DNA of 64,000 nt. Origin: a virus. Below, piece by piece: positions 33,368 to 43,540 of this stretch; the first letter of the stretch is position 1; each line of letters begins with the position of its first letter. The translations under genes were made by a program, and so were the position numbers. Where the stretch lies: IMG/VR virus record IMGVR_UViG_3300009008_000003; one strand, 5' to 3'. The notes beneath the pieces are model-generated. The model was given only the letters and a program-made list of their open reading frames with translations, made no database searches and was not told the origin of the DNA.

Positions 33368-35902
33368 TTAACATAGCGAAAGTCCACAATGTGGGCAAAC
33401 AGCGCATCCTTCTTGTAGTAACATCTGCTCGCCGCAGGACTCGCATGTCTGTTTAATTTTTGTTCCGTTGGGAATGTAAGATTTTAAAAGTTTGTTTAAT
33501 AAAAATATAAATGATCCTGCTGGCAAGCCTGCATCATCAATTGCTTCGCTTATCTCGGTTAAAGGTATATTGTGTCGTAGCAAAAGCCCAAGCATTCTGC
33601 AGATCTTTTCTATATTAGTTTGATGATAACTTTTACCTTCAAGGTCATCTATATACTTTTGAAGAAATTCGTATTTTTTTGAGAATCCTTTCAATAATTC
33701 TAATGTTTCGTTTGTAATTACTGTCTTTTCAACCGAATTAGTATAAGTAAACACAGCTATCGGTTTTACCTTTCTATCACTTTCAAAAGCTAGTATGACA
33801 TACCACTTTTTATTTTCAGACTTAATTAAGTGACCACGTGCAGGAAACTTTTCAGGGAATTTAACGTTGTGTCGTATTTCTAACTCATCGTGTTCTTCTT
33901 CCGTTGTTTCCAAAACAGCGGTCATTGTGCCTGCTCTATAGGTAGTTAACCCCTTAATATTATTAGAGTAGGCAGTTTCGTATACCTCTTTAAACTGTTC
34001 ATAACTATAATCACTAGGAATGTTTATAGTTTTGGATATACCTAAATGTAAGTATCTATAGATAACAATCAAGGGTGCTAAGTGTTCTTCTACGCTAAGT
34101 TCAGCTGCTCCGGCATAGACACCTTCTGAATTTAATTTTTCTCGAACTCTTGGTTCTATTTCGTCTAGCACCCAGCGCCAGCCATAATCTTGTACTAGCT
34201 CGGCTTTAACCATGCCACGATTTTTATCTATCTCATAACGCATTCCATCAAATGTACCTTCTAATACTTCTTCGTCCCCCCTGGCTTTAAAGGTAAATTC
34301 TTTTGTTTCAAACCATTCACCCTTTTTAGGATCAGGAAACCTCATTCCATTGTATTCTAAGTTAGACTTTTCGCCGTCATTTACTATGATCCAACGCGTG
34401 TATTCTTTACTGAATACGGGTTCTGCTCCTCCGGATGTAATATTGGCTAGTACACCAGTATTGCCGGTTGGTGCAATCATTGTAAGATGAGAATTGCGTA
34501 AACCATGCTTACGTATACCTTCTTCTAGTTCAGTTTTCCATATTACTGGAAGTGGCAAATTTTTCCAATATGGAGTATTTAAGTGTTTATCAGCATCGAA
34601 TAGCGAGAAAGCTCCCTTTTCTTTTGCTAATTCTATAGAGGCTTTATAAACAGCATAAGTTATTGTTTTGTATAATTTATCTACGAATTCTAAAAACTTC
34701 TTAGAGCCATAGCGTTCGCCCATCATAAAGCCAATAGAACCTAAGCCCATTATACCGAGGCCTATACGTCTAAACTTTTTTGACTCTATTTCTAATTCTT
34801 TAAGTGGATAATTAGTTGCATCTAATACATTGTCCAGAAAGCGCACCATATGTGGTATGGTTTTTTCTAATCCTTCGAAATCAAAGCCTTTTTTAGAGTT
34901 ACTCCAAAAATATGGTAGATTTATAGATCCTAAATCGCACACTCCTGTAGGCATTGGTACTTCGCCGCAGGGGTTAGTTTGGTGCACTGTTTCACAATAT
35001 GCTGCTGGGTTGTTTTTGTTGACTAGATCTAAAAATATTATGCCGGGTTCATTACGAGTGTAAGATGCGTTCATTATATTTTCGTAAATATCTCTAGCCT
35101 TTACTGTTTTGTATACGATAATTGGTAAATCTAAATTTTTCCAAGTATCAATATCGCCATTCCATTTACTTTTGTATTCTTTACAAGTGGTGTCAGGAAA
35201 AACTAAATCCCAATTGGCATCGGCTTTTACAGCTTCCATGAATCCGGCTGTTACTCCTACCGACGTGTTAAATTTCGTAAGATAATCTTTGCTTTGTTTA
35301 GCGTGTATAAAATCTTCTATATCTGGGTGCCAAACGCTAATAATGCCCATCATGGCACCCTTGCGAATCTTATCCTTTAAATCTTTCCGATCTTTATCTT
35401 TATCGAGAATGGGGACACCGCCGCCTCTTGTTATAACATCTGAAACAGTATTCCATATTTCCATAAAAGCTACGGGTCCTGGGGTGGATACTCTGACGCC
35501 CTCTATAATAGTTCCACGAGGCCTCAAGTAAGAAAAGTTAGTACCATACCCTGACTCGCTCTTTAGGATATGTGCTTGCATTTTTACTTGATTAAAAATG
35601 TTTTCGATACTATCAATATCTTCAATGCCTTCTAAGTCGCCGGGGTGCATTGTAGTACAATTTATAAGTGTTGTATTCTTGTAATCAGTCCCGGCGTTTG
35701 CAATTATTCTACCTCCTGGCATGAAAGGTTTATTACCGGTGAATAATGTGCTTAAAAAGACGTCTTTAAGTGGCCTAGCGCCTTCTGGGTGTGGGTGTTC
35801 TACCCACGCCATATCCCAAGCTACCCTGTCCCAGGTATTGCTAAAGGATTCATTATTATATTTATAATTGGCAGCCCAAACCTCTAGTGGTAATTTACTC
35901 AT
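33368..35902 (-). CDS. nrdJ: class II (adenosylcobalamin-dependent) ribonucleotide reductase
   Basis: PGGRIIANAG, NC, NEPG, TNPCGE, CDLGSINL, RRIGLGIMG, IAPTG, C-terminal CESC..CPHC; no beta subunit nearby. Confidence 0.9.
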   Translation of the reverse strand: MSKLPLEVWAANYKYNNESFSNTWDRVAWDMAWVEHPHPEGARPLKDVFLSTLFTGNKPFMPGGRIIANAGTDYKNTTLINCTTMHPGDLEGIEDIDSIENIFNQVKMQAHILKSESGYGTNFSYLRPRGTIIEGVRVSTPGPVAFMEIWNTVSDVITRGGGVPILDKDKDRKDLKDKIRKGAMMGIISVWHPDIEDFIHAKQSKDYLTKFNTSVGVTAGFMEAVKADANWDLVFPDTTCKEYKSKWNGDIDTWKNLDLPIIVYKTVKARDIYENIMNASYTRNEPGIIFLDLVNKNNPAAYCETVHQTNPCGEVPMPTGVCDLGSINLPYFWSNSKKGFDFEGLEKTIPHMVRFLDNVLDATNYPLKELEIESKKFRRIGLGIMGLGSIGFMMGERYGSKKFLEFVDKLYKTITYAVYKASIELAKEKGAFSLFDADKHLNTPYWKNLPLPVIWKTELEEGIRKHGLRNSHLTMIAPTGNTGVLANITSGGAEPVFSKEYTRWIIVNDGEKSNLEYNGMRFPDPKKGEWFETKEFTFKARGDEEVLEGTFDGMRYEIDKNRGMVKAELVQDYGWRWVLDEIEPRVREKLNSEGVYAGAAELSVEEHLAPLIVIYRYLHLGISKTINIPSDYSYEQFKEVYETAYSNNIKGLTTYRAGTMTAVLETTEEEHDELEIRHNVKFPEKFPARGHLIKSENKKWYVILAFESDRKVKPIAVFTYTNSVEKTVITNETLELLKGFSKKYEFLQKYIDDLEGKSYHQTNIEKICRMLGLLLRHNIPLTEISEAIDDAGLPAGSFIFLLNKLLKSYIPNGTKIKQTCESCGEQMLLQEGCAVCPHCGLSLC

Positions 35903-35909
35903 GTCTATC

Positions 35910-36104
35910 CTAGTTAAAAGCTGCTAATAGTGCAGCAAGGGGCGTTTTACCAATTCCTACTACTGTGTCTTGTTTGTTATCTATTTCGACTGGTGTAGAT
36001 GATTGTATTCTGCCCTCTATATTATTAAAATTAGTTAAATTTAAAAAAATTTTAAAATCATGATCATAAATGATACCTTCTTGCATATAAGCAAAGGGTC
36101 TCAA
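35910..36104 (-). CDS. hypothetical protein
   Basis: ORF track. Confidence 0.4.
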   Translation of the reverse strand: MRPFAYMQEGIIYDHDFKIFLNLTNFNNIEGRIQSSTPVEIDNKQDTVVGIGKTPLAALLAAFN

Positions 36105-36120
36105 ATATTTATATTCACTG

Positions 36121-36156
36121 AAAAAAAGAGGGAGACACCCACCGGTGTCCCCCTTC
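36121..36156 (-). terminator. intrinsic terminator
   Basis: GACACC/GGTGTC-containing hairpin plus U7. Confidence 0.7.
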
Positions 36157-36162
36157 TTGGTA

Positions 36163-36633
36163 TTATCTGAAATCAGCGTCTTCCTCCGTTTCAGCGGGAG
36201 TTTCTTCTGCCACTGGAAATTCTAGATCTCCATCGAAAGCTAAAGTTGCTTTTTCGCTTTCTGGAATAGCTTTATATAAAGACAGCTTGTTTCTATCCTC
36301 GTCTACTTCTACAAAGACATTAGCGGTTAATCCGGGAATGTCTTGAATAATATCATCTATTTCTCTATCGTCTGTTAATAGATCTGAAGCACCAGCAGCC
36401 TCAAATAAGGAAAGAATCTTCCACAGGGCATTGTCGGTGAAAACTAAATTATCGAATAGTTTTCTTCCGTTGTAATCACCCTGGTCACCCACTACGAAAG
36501 TTACGCTAGCCATGTCATTCCCCGGCCCAGATATTCTTTTTTCTGCTTTGATGGCCTTGACATTGTAACGCGATTCAGGTAGTGGAGTAAACTTATTTTG
36601 ATTTTTCTTCGCTTCACTAAATTTATATCCCAT
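36163..36633 (-). CDS. DUF669-like ssDNA-binding protein
   Basis: FTPLPE.RY, YNGRKLFDNL, acidic tail; next to an AAA recombinase. Confidence 0.75.
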   Translation of the reverse strand: MGYKFSEAKKNQNKFTPLPESRYNVKAIKAEKRISGPGNDMASVTFVVGDQGDYNGRKLFDNLVFTDNALWKILSLFEAAGASDLLTDDREIDDIIQDIPGLTANVFVEVDEDRNKLSLYKAIPESEKATLAFDGDLEFPVAEETPAETEEDADFR

Positions 36634-36635
36634 TA

Positions 36636-37607
36636 TTATTTTTCCTCGTCACTTTCACTTTTTGTTACTAATTCTGTATTTAAGTCATTGATGAATAATT
36701 CTGCTTCGTCGTCCTTAAGATCAAGGGCAGAAGAGACAGAATAATCTTCGTTTAATTTTGATGCAAAAGCTGCATCGTCATCTAATAGTTTCTTTAAGTT
36801 TTTAATTTTAATTAAATTATCTCCGGTTACACCGGCAGTTTTAATGGCTTTCCCATTAAATGTTGTGTCAACTGATCTGTTACCAGTTACTTCCAGGCGT
36901 TTTTGTCCTGCGACTTTATCAACATCTCTGTAAATTACGTCTTTTCCAAAATAGTTTTCTAGCTTCTCGAAAGAGTACTCGAAAACATCTGGTAATTTAT
37001 TTGTGCGATCTTTAATAACTCTTGCCATTACAACTTCTTTGCCAACTGCTCCCTCTTTATAGAGTTCTAATACAATGTCAAAGATGAATGGATATTCTTT
37101 TGGACAATCTGGTTTAGTTCCAACAACTTTCATAAAGTCACCAGAACCGCCATCCGAACTATACTCGGTTTTGTCCCTAGCTGTTACTATTACATTAAGA
37201 TCAACTGCTATAAGCTTTGTTGCAAGACTCTTCGAATCAGCCTTGATTGCTTTGTAATCGTGCGGTGCAAGCACATAAGAAGATGAACCTTTTTTTACGC
37301 GCAAACGTTTTAAATGCGATTCTTGTAAGAAATCCCAATATACTGAGCTGGAATCTAACACAATAGTTTTGAATTCCCCAGGATCTATAATAATTTCATC
37401 TACGGCTTTATGTACTGTGGCTACGTCTGTGGTCACTATAGATTCAAAATCGAATTCTTTTGTATAGTGAACAGTGCCTTTTTCCATATCAATTACAGCG
37501 GGCTTTGGAAACTGTAAAGCTGTTCTTGTTTTTAATGTTCCCGTAGCGCCAAAAATTAACATTTTCAACTTAACATTTGTTTGTGGCGGTTTAGAAAATA
37601 AACTCAT
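36636..37607 (-). CDS. AAA_24/Sak4-like ATPase (single-strand annealing)
   Basis: IFGATGTLKT, IDMEKG, IVLDS, FIFDIV. Confidence 0.85.
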   Translation of the reverse strand: MSLFSKPPQTNVKLKMLIFGATGTLKTRTALQFPKPAVIDMEKGTVHYTKEFDFESIVTTDVATVHKAVDEIIIDPGEFKTIVLDSSSVYWDFLQESHLKRLRVKKGSSSYVLAPHDYKAIKADSKSLATKLIAVDLNVIVTARDKTEYSSDGGSGDFMKVVGTKPDCPKEYPFIFDIVLELYKEGAVGKEVVMARVIKDRTNKLPDVFEYSFEKLENYFGKDVIYRDVDKVAGQKRLEVTGNRSVDTTFNGKAIKTAGVTGDNLIKIKNLKKLLDDDAAFASKLNEDYSVSSALDLKDDEAELFINDLNTELVTKSESDEEK

Positions 37608-37617
37608 TAATTTGTTC

Positions 37618-38289
37618 CTAATTTTTGTAGTCTAGTAGCCTTTCGGCTATTTTATATGTAGTTATGACATCTTTGATACAGTATTTTCCAATCTCTTGTA
37701 TCTTTCCGTCTTTCCATGCGTCAAACACGTTGCTTGCGCGTACTTCACCTTCTTTGGGTGATTCTAGCCCTAATGAAACTGCGGCTATTTCTAGAGAAGT
37801 TGCTTTTCTGAACTCCCAATCAGCTAAAAGCATTTGCACATCAAAGTGAGGATCAGTTTGATACCGTCGGGTATTTATAAACCTGAAACTGGTCTGCGGT
37901 ACAGAGTGTATCAGTGATCTTATTATAATAAAAGGTACGTCAAAACGCAACCCGTTATATGAGATAAATACATCCTTGAAGATCATTCCATTGATGTATT
38001 TCCAAAAGTTTTGCAGGATATCTTTTTCTGTTCCTTTTATAAACGCAACCTCTTCTGGGCCGCCCTCTTTATTAGGCCTATAACATCCTATACATACGAT
38101 CTGCCCATACCAAGGATCAGTAGACGCTAGTCTATTCCATAACCCTTCTTCGGTTTCTCCTTCTCGCATGTTTTTCTTAAAAATATCTACCCTTTCGTTT
38201 AATTTCTCTATATGTAAATCTGTCATTTTTTGATCTGGTATAGTTTCTATATCGAATACTATAGGATCTTTAAAACTTTTAGATGGCAT
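37618..38289 (-). CDS. PolB-like 3'-5' exonuclease
   Basis: VFDIET, YNGLRFDVPF, HFD, YCIKDV. Confidence 0.9.
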   Translation of the reverse strand: MPSKSFKDPIVFDIETIPDQKMTDLHIEKLNERVDIFKKNMREGETEEGLWNRLASTDPWYGQIVCIGCYRPNKEGGPEEVAFIKGTEKDILQNFWKYINGMIFKDVFISYNGLRFDVPFIIIRSLIHSVPQTSFRFINTRRYQTDPHFDVQMLLADWEFRKATSLEIAAVSLGLESPKEGEVRASNVFDAWKDGKIQEIGKYCIKDVITTYKIAERLLDYKN

Positions 38290-38692
38290 GTGATGTATCC
38301 TTATTGACAGCCAGGTTAGTGAATGCTACAACTCTATCTAAATCACGAAGCACTCTAAGGTTTTTACATTCCCTTATCTCTACTTCTTTATTTATTTTTA
38401 ATAGCATTTCAATCAACAGAGCCAAGTCTTTCTCTAAATATCCCAATTCCACCAAAATTATTGGTTTTCCTTCATTCACACTCTCGCTATAGTCAACTAG
38501 GATTCCGCATTCTGGCACAACATAGCTTTTAACACCTCTACGAGATTGGTAATTTTTTTGTGGTTCTGGAGGCGTAAGCTTACCATTTACTATTGCCCAT
38601 ACCTTTTTTCCGTAAGTTCTATAGAATAACATTTTCACTCCAACAGTATAATAGGGTTTTCTATGGGAGCTATTATCGCCTTGATTTCCCAT
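38279..38692 (-). CDS. hypothetical protein
   Basis: ORF; true start likely MLFYRT. Confidence 0.5.
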   Translation of the reverse strand: MGNQGDNSSHRKPYYTVGVKMLFYRTYGKKVWAIVNGKLTPPEPQKNYQSRRGVKSYVVPECGILVDYSESVNEGKPIILVELGYLEKDLALLIEMLLKINKEVEIRECKNLRVLRDLDRVVAFTNLAVNKDTSHAI

Positions 38693-39465
38693 CCATTTCC
38701 TATATTTTTTTCTATCTCCTCTCTTACTTTTTCAGGGGTGTTGGTCCTGGGGCTTAGATGCCCTATGATTAAATTATCTAAAACGTCAATGCCTATTTTA
38801 TTAACAGCTTCCGTCATTTGCTTATTGCTAAGATGCCCAAAATTGCTTTTGATACGATCTTTTAGGAATTCGTCATAATCGTCATAGTTGTTTAAAGATT
38901 CTTCATCATAATCTGCCTCGATAAATAGGGTTTCGACCCCTTCTAATTTTTTGTACATTAATTTAGTCATAGCTCCAGTATCGGTTATATAACCGATTTT
39001 ATATCCGGATGGTTTATGTGTAATAACAAACCCAACGGATGATACGCTATCGTGTTTTGTGCTAAAGGGCTCTATTTCGAAATTTGTTATTCCAATAACA
39101 TTCCCCGCAGCCATGTTAGATGTTCCCACGTAGGTGCCATCCCAAGTTAGTACCGAGGATACCATGTTGACGGGTTTAGGTATTTTGCTAAAGTAATTAG
39201 CTTTTTTCTCCATAGATACCTGATTTACCCATACTTGTGGATGAAATTTATTCCAAATAGCTCCTACACTTTTGATATGATCTGTATGTTCGTGTGTAAT
39301 TAGAACATTAGAAATATCAATAGGGCGCATTTTGAAGTAGTTCTCTAATTTCTTAGTTAGAGCTCTAACCCCCATTCCTGCGTCTATTAAGAACATCATG
39401 TCGTCATCAAATATTAGCGTAGTATTAGCCTCTGACGAAGAAGCTAACGGCCAAATTCCTAACAT
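38635..39465 (-). CDS. metallo-beta-lactamase fold hydrolase (YycJ/WalJ-like)
   Basis: LASSS.AN, THEHTDH, KHD, TDTG, EADYD, GHLSN, GHLS. Confidence 0.9.
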   Translation of the reverse strand: MLGIWPLASSSEANTTLIFDDDMMFLIDAGMGVRALTKKLENYFKMRPIDISNVLITHEHTDHIKSVGAIWNKFHPQVWVNQVSMEKKANYFSKIPKPVNMVSSVLTWDGTYVGTSNMAAGNVIGITNFEIEPFSTKHDSVSSVGFVITHKPSGYKIGYITDTGAMTKLMYKKLEGVETLFIEADYDEESLNNYDDYDEFLKDRIKSNFGHLSNKQMTEAVNKIGIDVLDNLIIGHLSPRTNTPEKVREEIEKNIGNGWEIKAIIAPIENPIILLE

Positions 39466-39654
39466 CTATTTTATTAATCCTTCTAATTCTGTTATAGTTA
39501 CTTTCCTTTCCTCTCCGTTATACATATTTAATTCAACATATTCTTCTAGTTCTTCTTCCGGCTCTTCCGGGTCGTACGATATGCCAATTGCATTTATGTA
39601 TGCGGTTTCCCCAGTTTTAAGCTCTATTTTAGACGACACTTTAATCTTCATCAA
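39466..39654 (-). CDS. hypothetical protein
   Basis: ORF in operon. Confidence 0.5.
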   Translation of the reverse strand: MMKIKVSSKIELKTGETAYINAIGISYDPEEPEEELEEYVELNMYNGEERKVTITELEGLIK

Positions 39655-42319
39655 AATTAACCCTCACGACTCTTACCACTTTTCCATTCATCTTTTTTGG
39701 CTCTGTGTCTCTATCGAGAATTTTTCCCTCTTGAAACAATTCGTTATATATGGCTTTCTTACTGTGCCCGAAAGGCCTGCCAACAAGCTGCAAGTATCTG
39801 GTTACTTCAGAGTAAGCTAAATTTACCACTAAGTAAGTTTCGCCAGCGTGATGAAAACCAACACTTGTTACATTCTTTTTTGTTTCGTCGGATACGGATT
39901 GGGATGCTTGGATTTTGAGTCTATCCGATGCTAACATTTCTTGCAATGTTTCCCAAAATATATTTGAAGCCAACTCTTCTGTTGCTCCTTGTAAATTAGC
40001 TAATAATTCTACTTCAAGTTGCTTATGAAAATCTTCGATAAGTTTTTCTGGATCTTTCCATAGGAAAGTAGCTACATAATAGTAACTAGTCATTAGCATA
40101 GCAAAATTTCTAGCTATGCGAACAGAGTTAGGTTGCCCTGATATGGTTTTATTAAAATTTGCAGCGTACTTAGACATTGTTTTTTGGAAAATGGCAGGGT
40201 CTTGTCGTAACACCCATTGAATATATCTCGGGGTAAATCCACTGTATTTGTGCTGCAGCCTGTTACAGATTTCACCTTTTTCCAAGTCGGTTTCATTTTT
40301 AGATTTGTAACGAATAGTTATCATTCTTGCCAGGTTAGAAGCTTCGCCTTCTATATCATGCTCTGCGGTTACAGCCAGGTATCCTCGTATATAATAACTT
40401 TCTTGGAATGTACTATCTGACTTTAGACGTGACCGCCCAGAATCGTCGGCATAACCTTGTAATATAGCAAGTGCTTTTGCCCAGTCGCCTTTAGAAAAAT
40501 TTGCCTTTTTAAAATCATCAACATGAAAGAAAGCATCTTTAAATCTATGGCCCATTTTCTGCAATGAGTAAGGAGTACTTAACCATGATGGAACATTTTT
40601 AAAATTCCCATAAAACATCATCATTTTGTTCAATAGCCAGGACTTTCCTTTTCCTGTGGTGCCCTGCAAATAATAGATAAATCTAGTTTTATCATCTTGC
40701 GTTACAAAGGCTCCAATCACCGGTAACATAGCGTGTGCAAATGTTGCATGTGCTATGAATGGATCCTCCGGAACCGTTAGTAGGGTATCTCTTATATGAT
40801 CACTTATATCGTCGAACTCGTCGTCTGATAGTACAGTAAAATCCAATTGCTCGGCTTTGTCCTCCCCTGTCAGGTCTATTTTAATTTCTGTATTTTTTTC
40901 TATTCCATCAACGCTTACAACATATGAGGGTGTATAGTAAGCGGTTAATTCTGTATTATACCCGAAATTTTTACTTATTTCTAGTTTCCTTGGGTTGCTA
41001 AAGGTTTCTATGGCTATCGCCAAGGGCTTGAATGCTGTAAAGGTAAGGTTACCAAGACCGCCAGCGGTGTATAAGGCCTCCTTGAATTTTGACTCTGTAG
41101 AAAAGTGAACAGGGTCAATATCAAACGGAAAGGAACTACCATCTCTTTTATGTATAATACCTTTAAACATGCGATATTTTTTTATACCATCATCTATTTC
41201 TAGATCTTCGTGAACATCATAAACAAAAGTTGATAATGGAATATCCCCGCTGCCGTCTTTTCCCCTTAGGTAATAACAGTTGTCTGCTGAGTATAAATCC
41301 ATGAGAGGAGAACTATCCGAGGCCCCAATTGGTTCATCATCGCCGCGTGTTCTATAATAGAATGCTATCGGTGACTTGCTTTTTCCTATTATACTACATT
41401 GATGTGGACAAATCTTTTCGAATCTTCTGTCCTGTAAAGTTGTACATAGTATAGGCTTGTATTGTTTTTTAAGTGCCCGATCCACATGGTATTTAACTTT
41501 TTTGGGGTCGTAGTCTGAACATTTGCTTAGGAATTCTTTTTCCAGAAAAACGGAGCCGCCCTCTAAGCCCGCAAAAGTAAGCATCAATGCTACACGTTCC
41601 TGGTCTGTAAGGTGGTTCGATGCTTCTACCTTTTCTTTTAAATTTCGTATAGCGGCACAGTTCTTTACTACCGCCTCTAAGGGGTTTGCGGAATTGAGCA
41701 CTTGGCGATAATTTGCAAACTTTATGTTTTTAAAACAAAATGTAGGGTCTGTAAAATATGATTTTTGTTGTGTTTTTTGATGAATCGCATAAGGACCTTT
41801 TACAAGATTACCCGAATCTGCCCTATCTTGTTTAGGGAAGAGCTCCAAGTGTAATCCTTCGTGTACAGGATCTACTTTTTCAAACATGTTTTCCAGAGAA
41901 TTTTTTACAACTCTAGCGTCCATTGGTTTTTCAAAGAATACCCACACATGATAACCTTTAAAGCCTGACCATTCTACGTAATGGGGCAAATTAAATTTAT
42001 TTAAAACATTCTGTACTTCTTCTACTTGTTTATCTAGGATCTCTTTCCAATCATCAATGTTGAAAGTTGGCTTGTTCCACTCGGTCTTGTTTATATCAAT
42101 GTCTACTACAGCCCATTTAACCGTCCACTTTCCTGGTGGGTCTTCCTTAAGTTGGTAGAACCCAAAAGTGGCCTTACCCTCTAAATGATCTTTTATATCC
42201 TGGAGGCTAATCGGACGGTTAAAAGCCTGGTACTGCCCATCACCTTTTTGTATAGCATACCGAGATTCGGTGTGAACAAAGAGTCTTTTGTACTCTTCTG
42301 CTGTTAGAGGTATGCCCAA
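39641..42319 (-). CDS. AEP primase-helicase fusion
   Basis: HLEGK.T.GFY, VVDID, SGFKGYH, ELFPKQ, GNLVKGP, C..C..C cluster, Walker A GTTGKGKS, VDDFK. Confidence 0.9.
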   Translation of the reverse strand: MGIPLTAEEYKRLFVHTESRYAIQKGDGQYQAFNRPISLQDIKDHLEGKATFGFYQLKEDPPGKWTVKWAVVDIDINKTEWNKPTFNIDDWKEILDKQVEEVQNVLNKFNLPHYVEWSGFKGYHVWVFFEKPMDARVVKNSLENMFEKVDPVHEGLHLELFPKQDRADSGNLVKGPYAIHQKTQQKSYFTDPTFCFKNIKFANYRQVLNSANPLEAVVKNCAAIRNLKEKVEASNHLTDQERVALMLTFAGLEGGSVFLEKEFLSKCSDYDPKKVKYHVDRALKKQYKPILCTTLQDRRFEKICPHQCSIIGKSKSPIAFYYRTRGDDEPIGASDSSPLMDLYSADNCYYLRGKDGSGDIPLSTFVYDVHEDLEIDDGIKKYRMFKGIIHKRDGSSFPFDIDPVHFSTESKFKEALYTAGGLGNLTFTAFKPLAIAIETFSNPRKLEISKNFGYNTELTAYYTPSYVVSVDGIEKNTEIKIDLTGEDKAEQLDFTVLSDDEFDDISDHIRDTLLTVPEDPFIAHATFAHAMLPVIGAFVTQDDKTRFIYYLQGTTGKGKSWLLNKMMMFYGNFKNVPSWLSTPYSLQKMGHRFKDAFFHVDDFKKANFSKGDWAKALAILQGYADDSGRSRLKSDSTFQESYYIRGYLAVTAEHDIEGEASNLARMITIRYKSKNETDLEKGEICNRLQHKYSGFTPRYIQWVLRQDPAIFQKTMSKYAANFNKTISGQPNSVRIARNFAMLMTSYYYVATFLWKDPEKLIEDFHKQLEVELLANLQGATEELASNIFWETLQEMLASDRLKIQASQSVSDETKKNVTSVGFHHAGETYLVVNLAYSEVTRYLQLVGRPFGHSKKAIYNELFQEGKILDRDTEPKKMNGKVVRVVRVNFDED

Positions 42320-42328
42320 TGGTCCTCC

Positions 42329-42808
42329 TTATTCAATTCTAATTTCTTTCCATGTAATGTTTTTATCTTGTATCAACTGTTTAATAGCTCGTTGACCGCT
42401 AGTTAGTTTTGACTTTCCAGATTTAATTTCTACAAAAACTATCTCATCTTTTGCAAAAACTACATAATCTATTGGGTTGCCCAGAAAATGCGCCTGTTTA
42501 GGGTTATAAGGAAAATCTTTTAAAAAGGGGGCAAGCGTTTCGGCTATTTGCCCCGTTCTTATTTCGGAGGATTTTTTTTGAGAAAGCAGCTGGTCGTGCT
42601 GTAATGATTTATCCATAAGCCGTTCTTGGTGAATTCGCACTTTGTAATTTAATCTACGAATTTGTATTAAACCAGCCGCAAGAAACAGGACCAGCGCAGT
42701 AATTATAATGCTTGAAACCATATTAACTTTCCCTCGCGCTTGGTGGTATGTTTGCTTTGTTTGTGTAGCTAAGTATCCTTGCTTTGCTTGCAAATGTATG
42801 CAAATCAC
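42329..42808 (-). CDS. Holliday-junction-resolvase-like PD-(D/E)xK endonuclease with N-terminal TM (start probably ~42721)
   Basis: GQIAETLAPFL, FLGNPIDYVVF, FVEIKSG. Confidence 0.85.
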   Translation of the reverse strand: MICIHLQAKQGYLATQTKQTYHQARGKVNMVSSIIITALVLFLAAGLIQIRRLNYKVRIHQERLMDKSLQHDQLLSQKKSSEIRTGQIAETLAPFLKDFPYNPKQAHFLGNPIDYVVFAKDEIVFVEIKSGKSKLTSGQRAIKQLIQDKNITWKEIRIE

Positions 42809-43106
42809 AGCACGTAAATAGCATAGTCGGAGGTAATGTTTTTGGGTCTATTTGGTCCCGTTCTTTTTTTGTCTGTGCCCTGTCAGCTACAAACACAGCA
42901 CATAAACCACCAAGAGTGGTCCCGATATTGGCCCTGTAAAAATATTTACAAGTGCCACATACCTTTTTTATAAGGTGGTTAGGAAGTGGACTTTCTCCGT
43001 TTTCGGTTGTGGGTTTAGATACAAATTCATCTTTTTTATCTTTGCCAGTATGCTTTATATCATCTAAGAAATCTCCAAAATCGGAATAATCGTTTCCTAC
43101 CCCCAT
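42723..43106 (-). CDS. hypothetical protein (CGTC...C..C)
   Basis: ORF in operon. Confidence 0.55.
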   Translation of the reverse strand: MGVGNDYSDFGDFLDDIKHTGKDKKDEFVSKPTTENGESPLPNHLIKKVCGTCKYFYRANIGTTLGGLCAVFVADRAQTKKERDQIDPKTLPPTMLFTCCDLHTFASKARILSYTNKANIPPSARES

Positions 43107-43540
43107 CTATTTGCTCTCCTATCTTTGATAGTTAAGCCATTTAGATGATCAACCTCATGCTGTAAGACAAGGGCTTCAAGTTCTTTGGCATTCCTTTGGC
43201 CTCTGATGTCATCAACTATTTTGATTCTTTTGTATCTTTTTGTGTTATATCTTCTGTCTAAGGACAAACATCCTTCGTTTTCAACGACGTATTGGTTTGC
43301 TTTCCTAAGTATTACAGGATTTACTAAAGGATAGTTAATACCACCTGGAAGTCTTATGATGGCTACCTTAAAGGGTAAGCCCACCTGAGGAGCTGCTAAT
43401 CCGTATCCTTTATCTTTTAGTTCCTCTTTTTCCCAATGTTCTTCCAGTAGTGCTATGATTTCTTTTGCCTTTTCTTCGCTGACTTCTTGTATATCTGTCG
43501 TTAGTAAGCCGTGTGGAAGAACTTTGACTGCTTTCATCAA
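43097..43540 (-). CDS. def: peptide deformylase
   Basis: GLAAPQVG, EGCLS, QHEVDHLNG. Confidence 0.95.
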   Translation of the reverse strand: MMKAVKVLPHGLLTTDIQEVSEEKAKEIIALLEEHWEKEELKDKGYGLAAPQVGLPFKVAIIRLPGGINYPLVNPVILRKANQYVVENEGCLSLDRRYNTKRYKRIKIVDDIRGQRNAKELEALVLQHEVDHLNGLTIKDRRANRWG

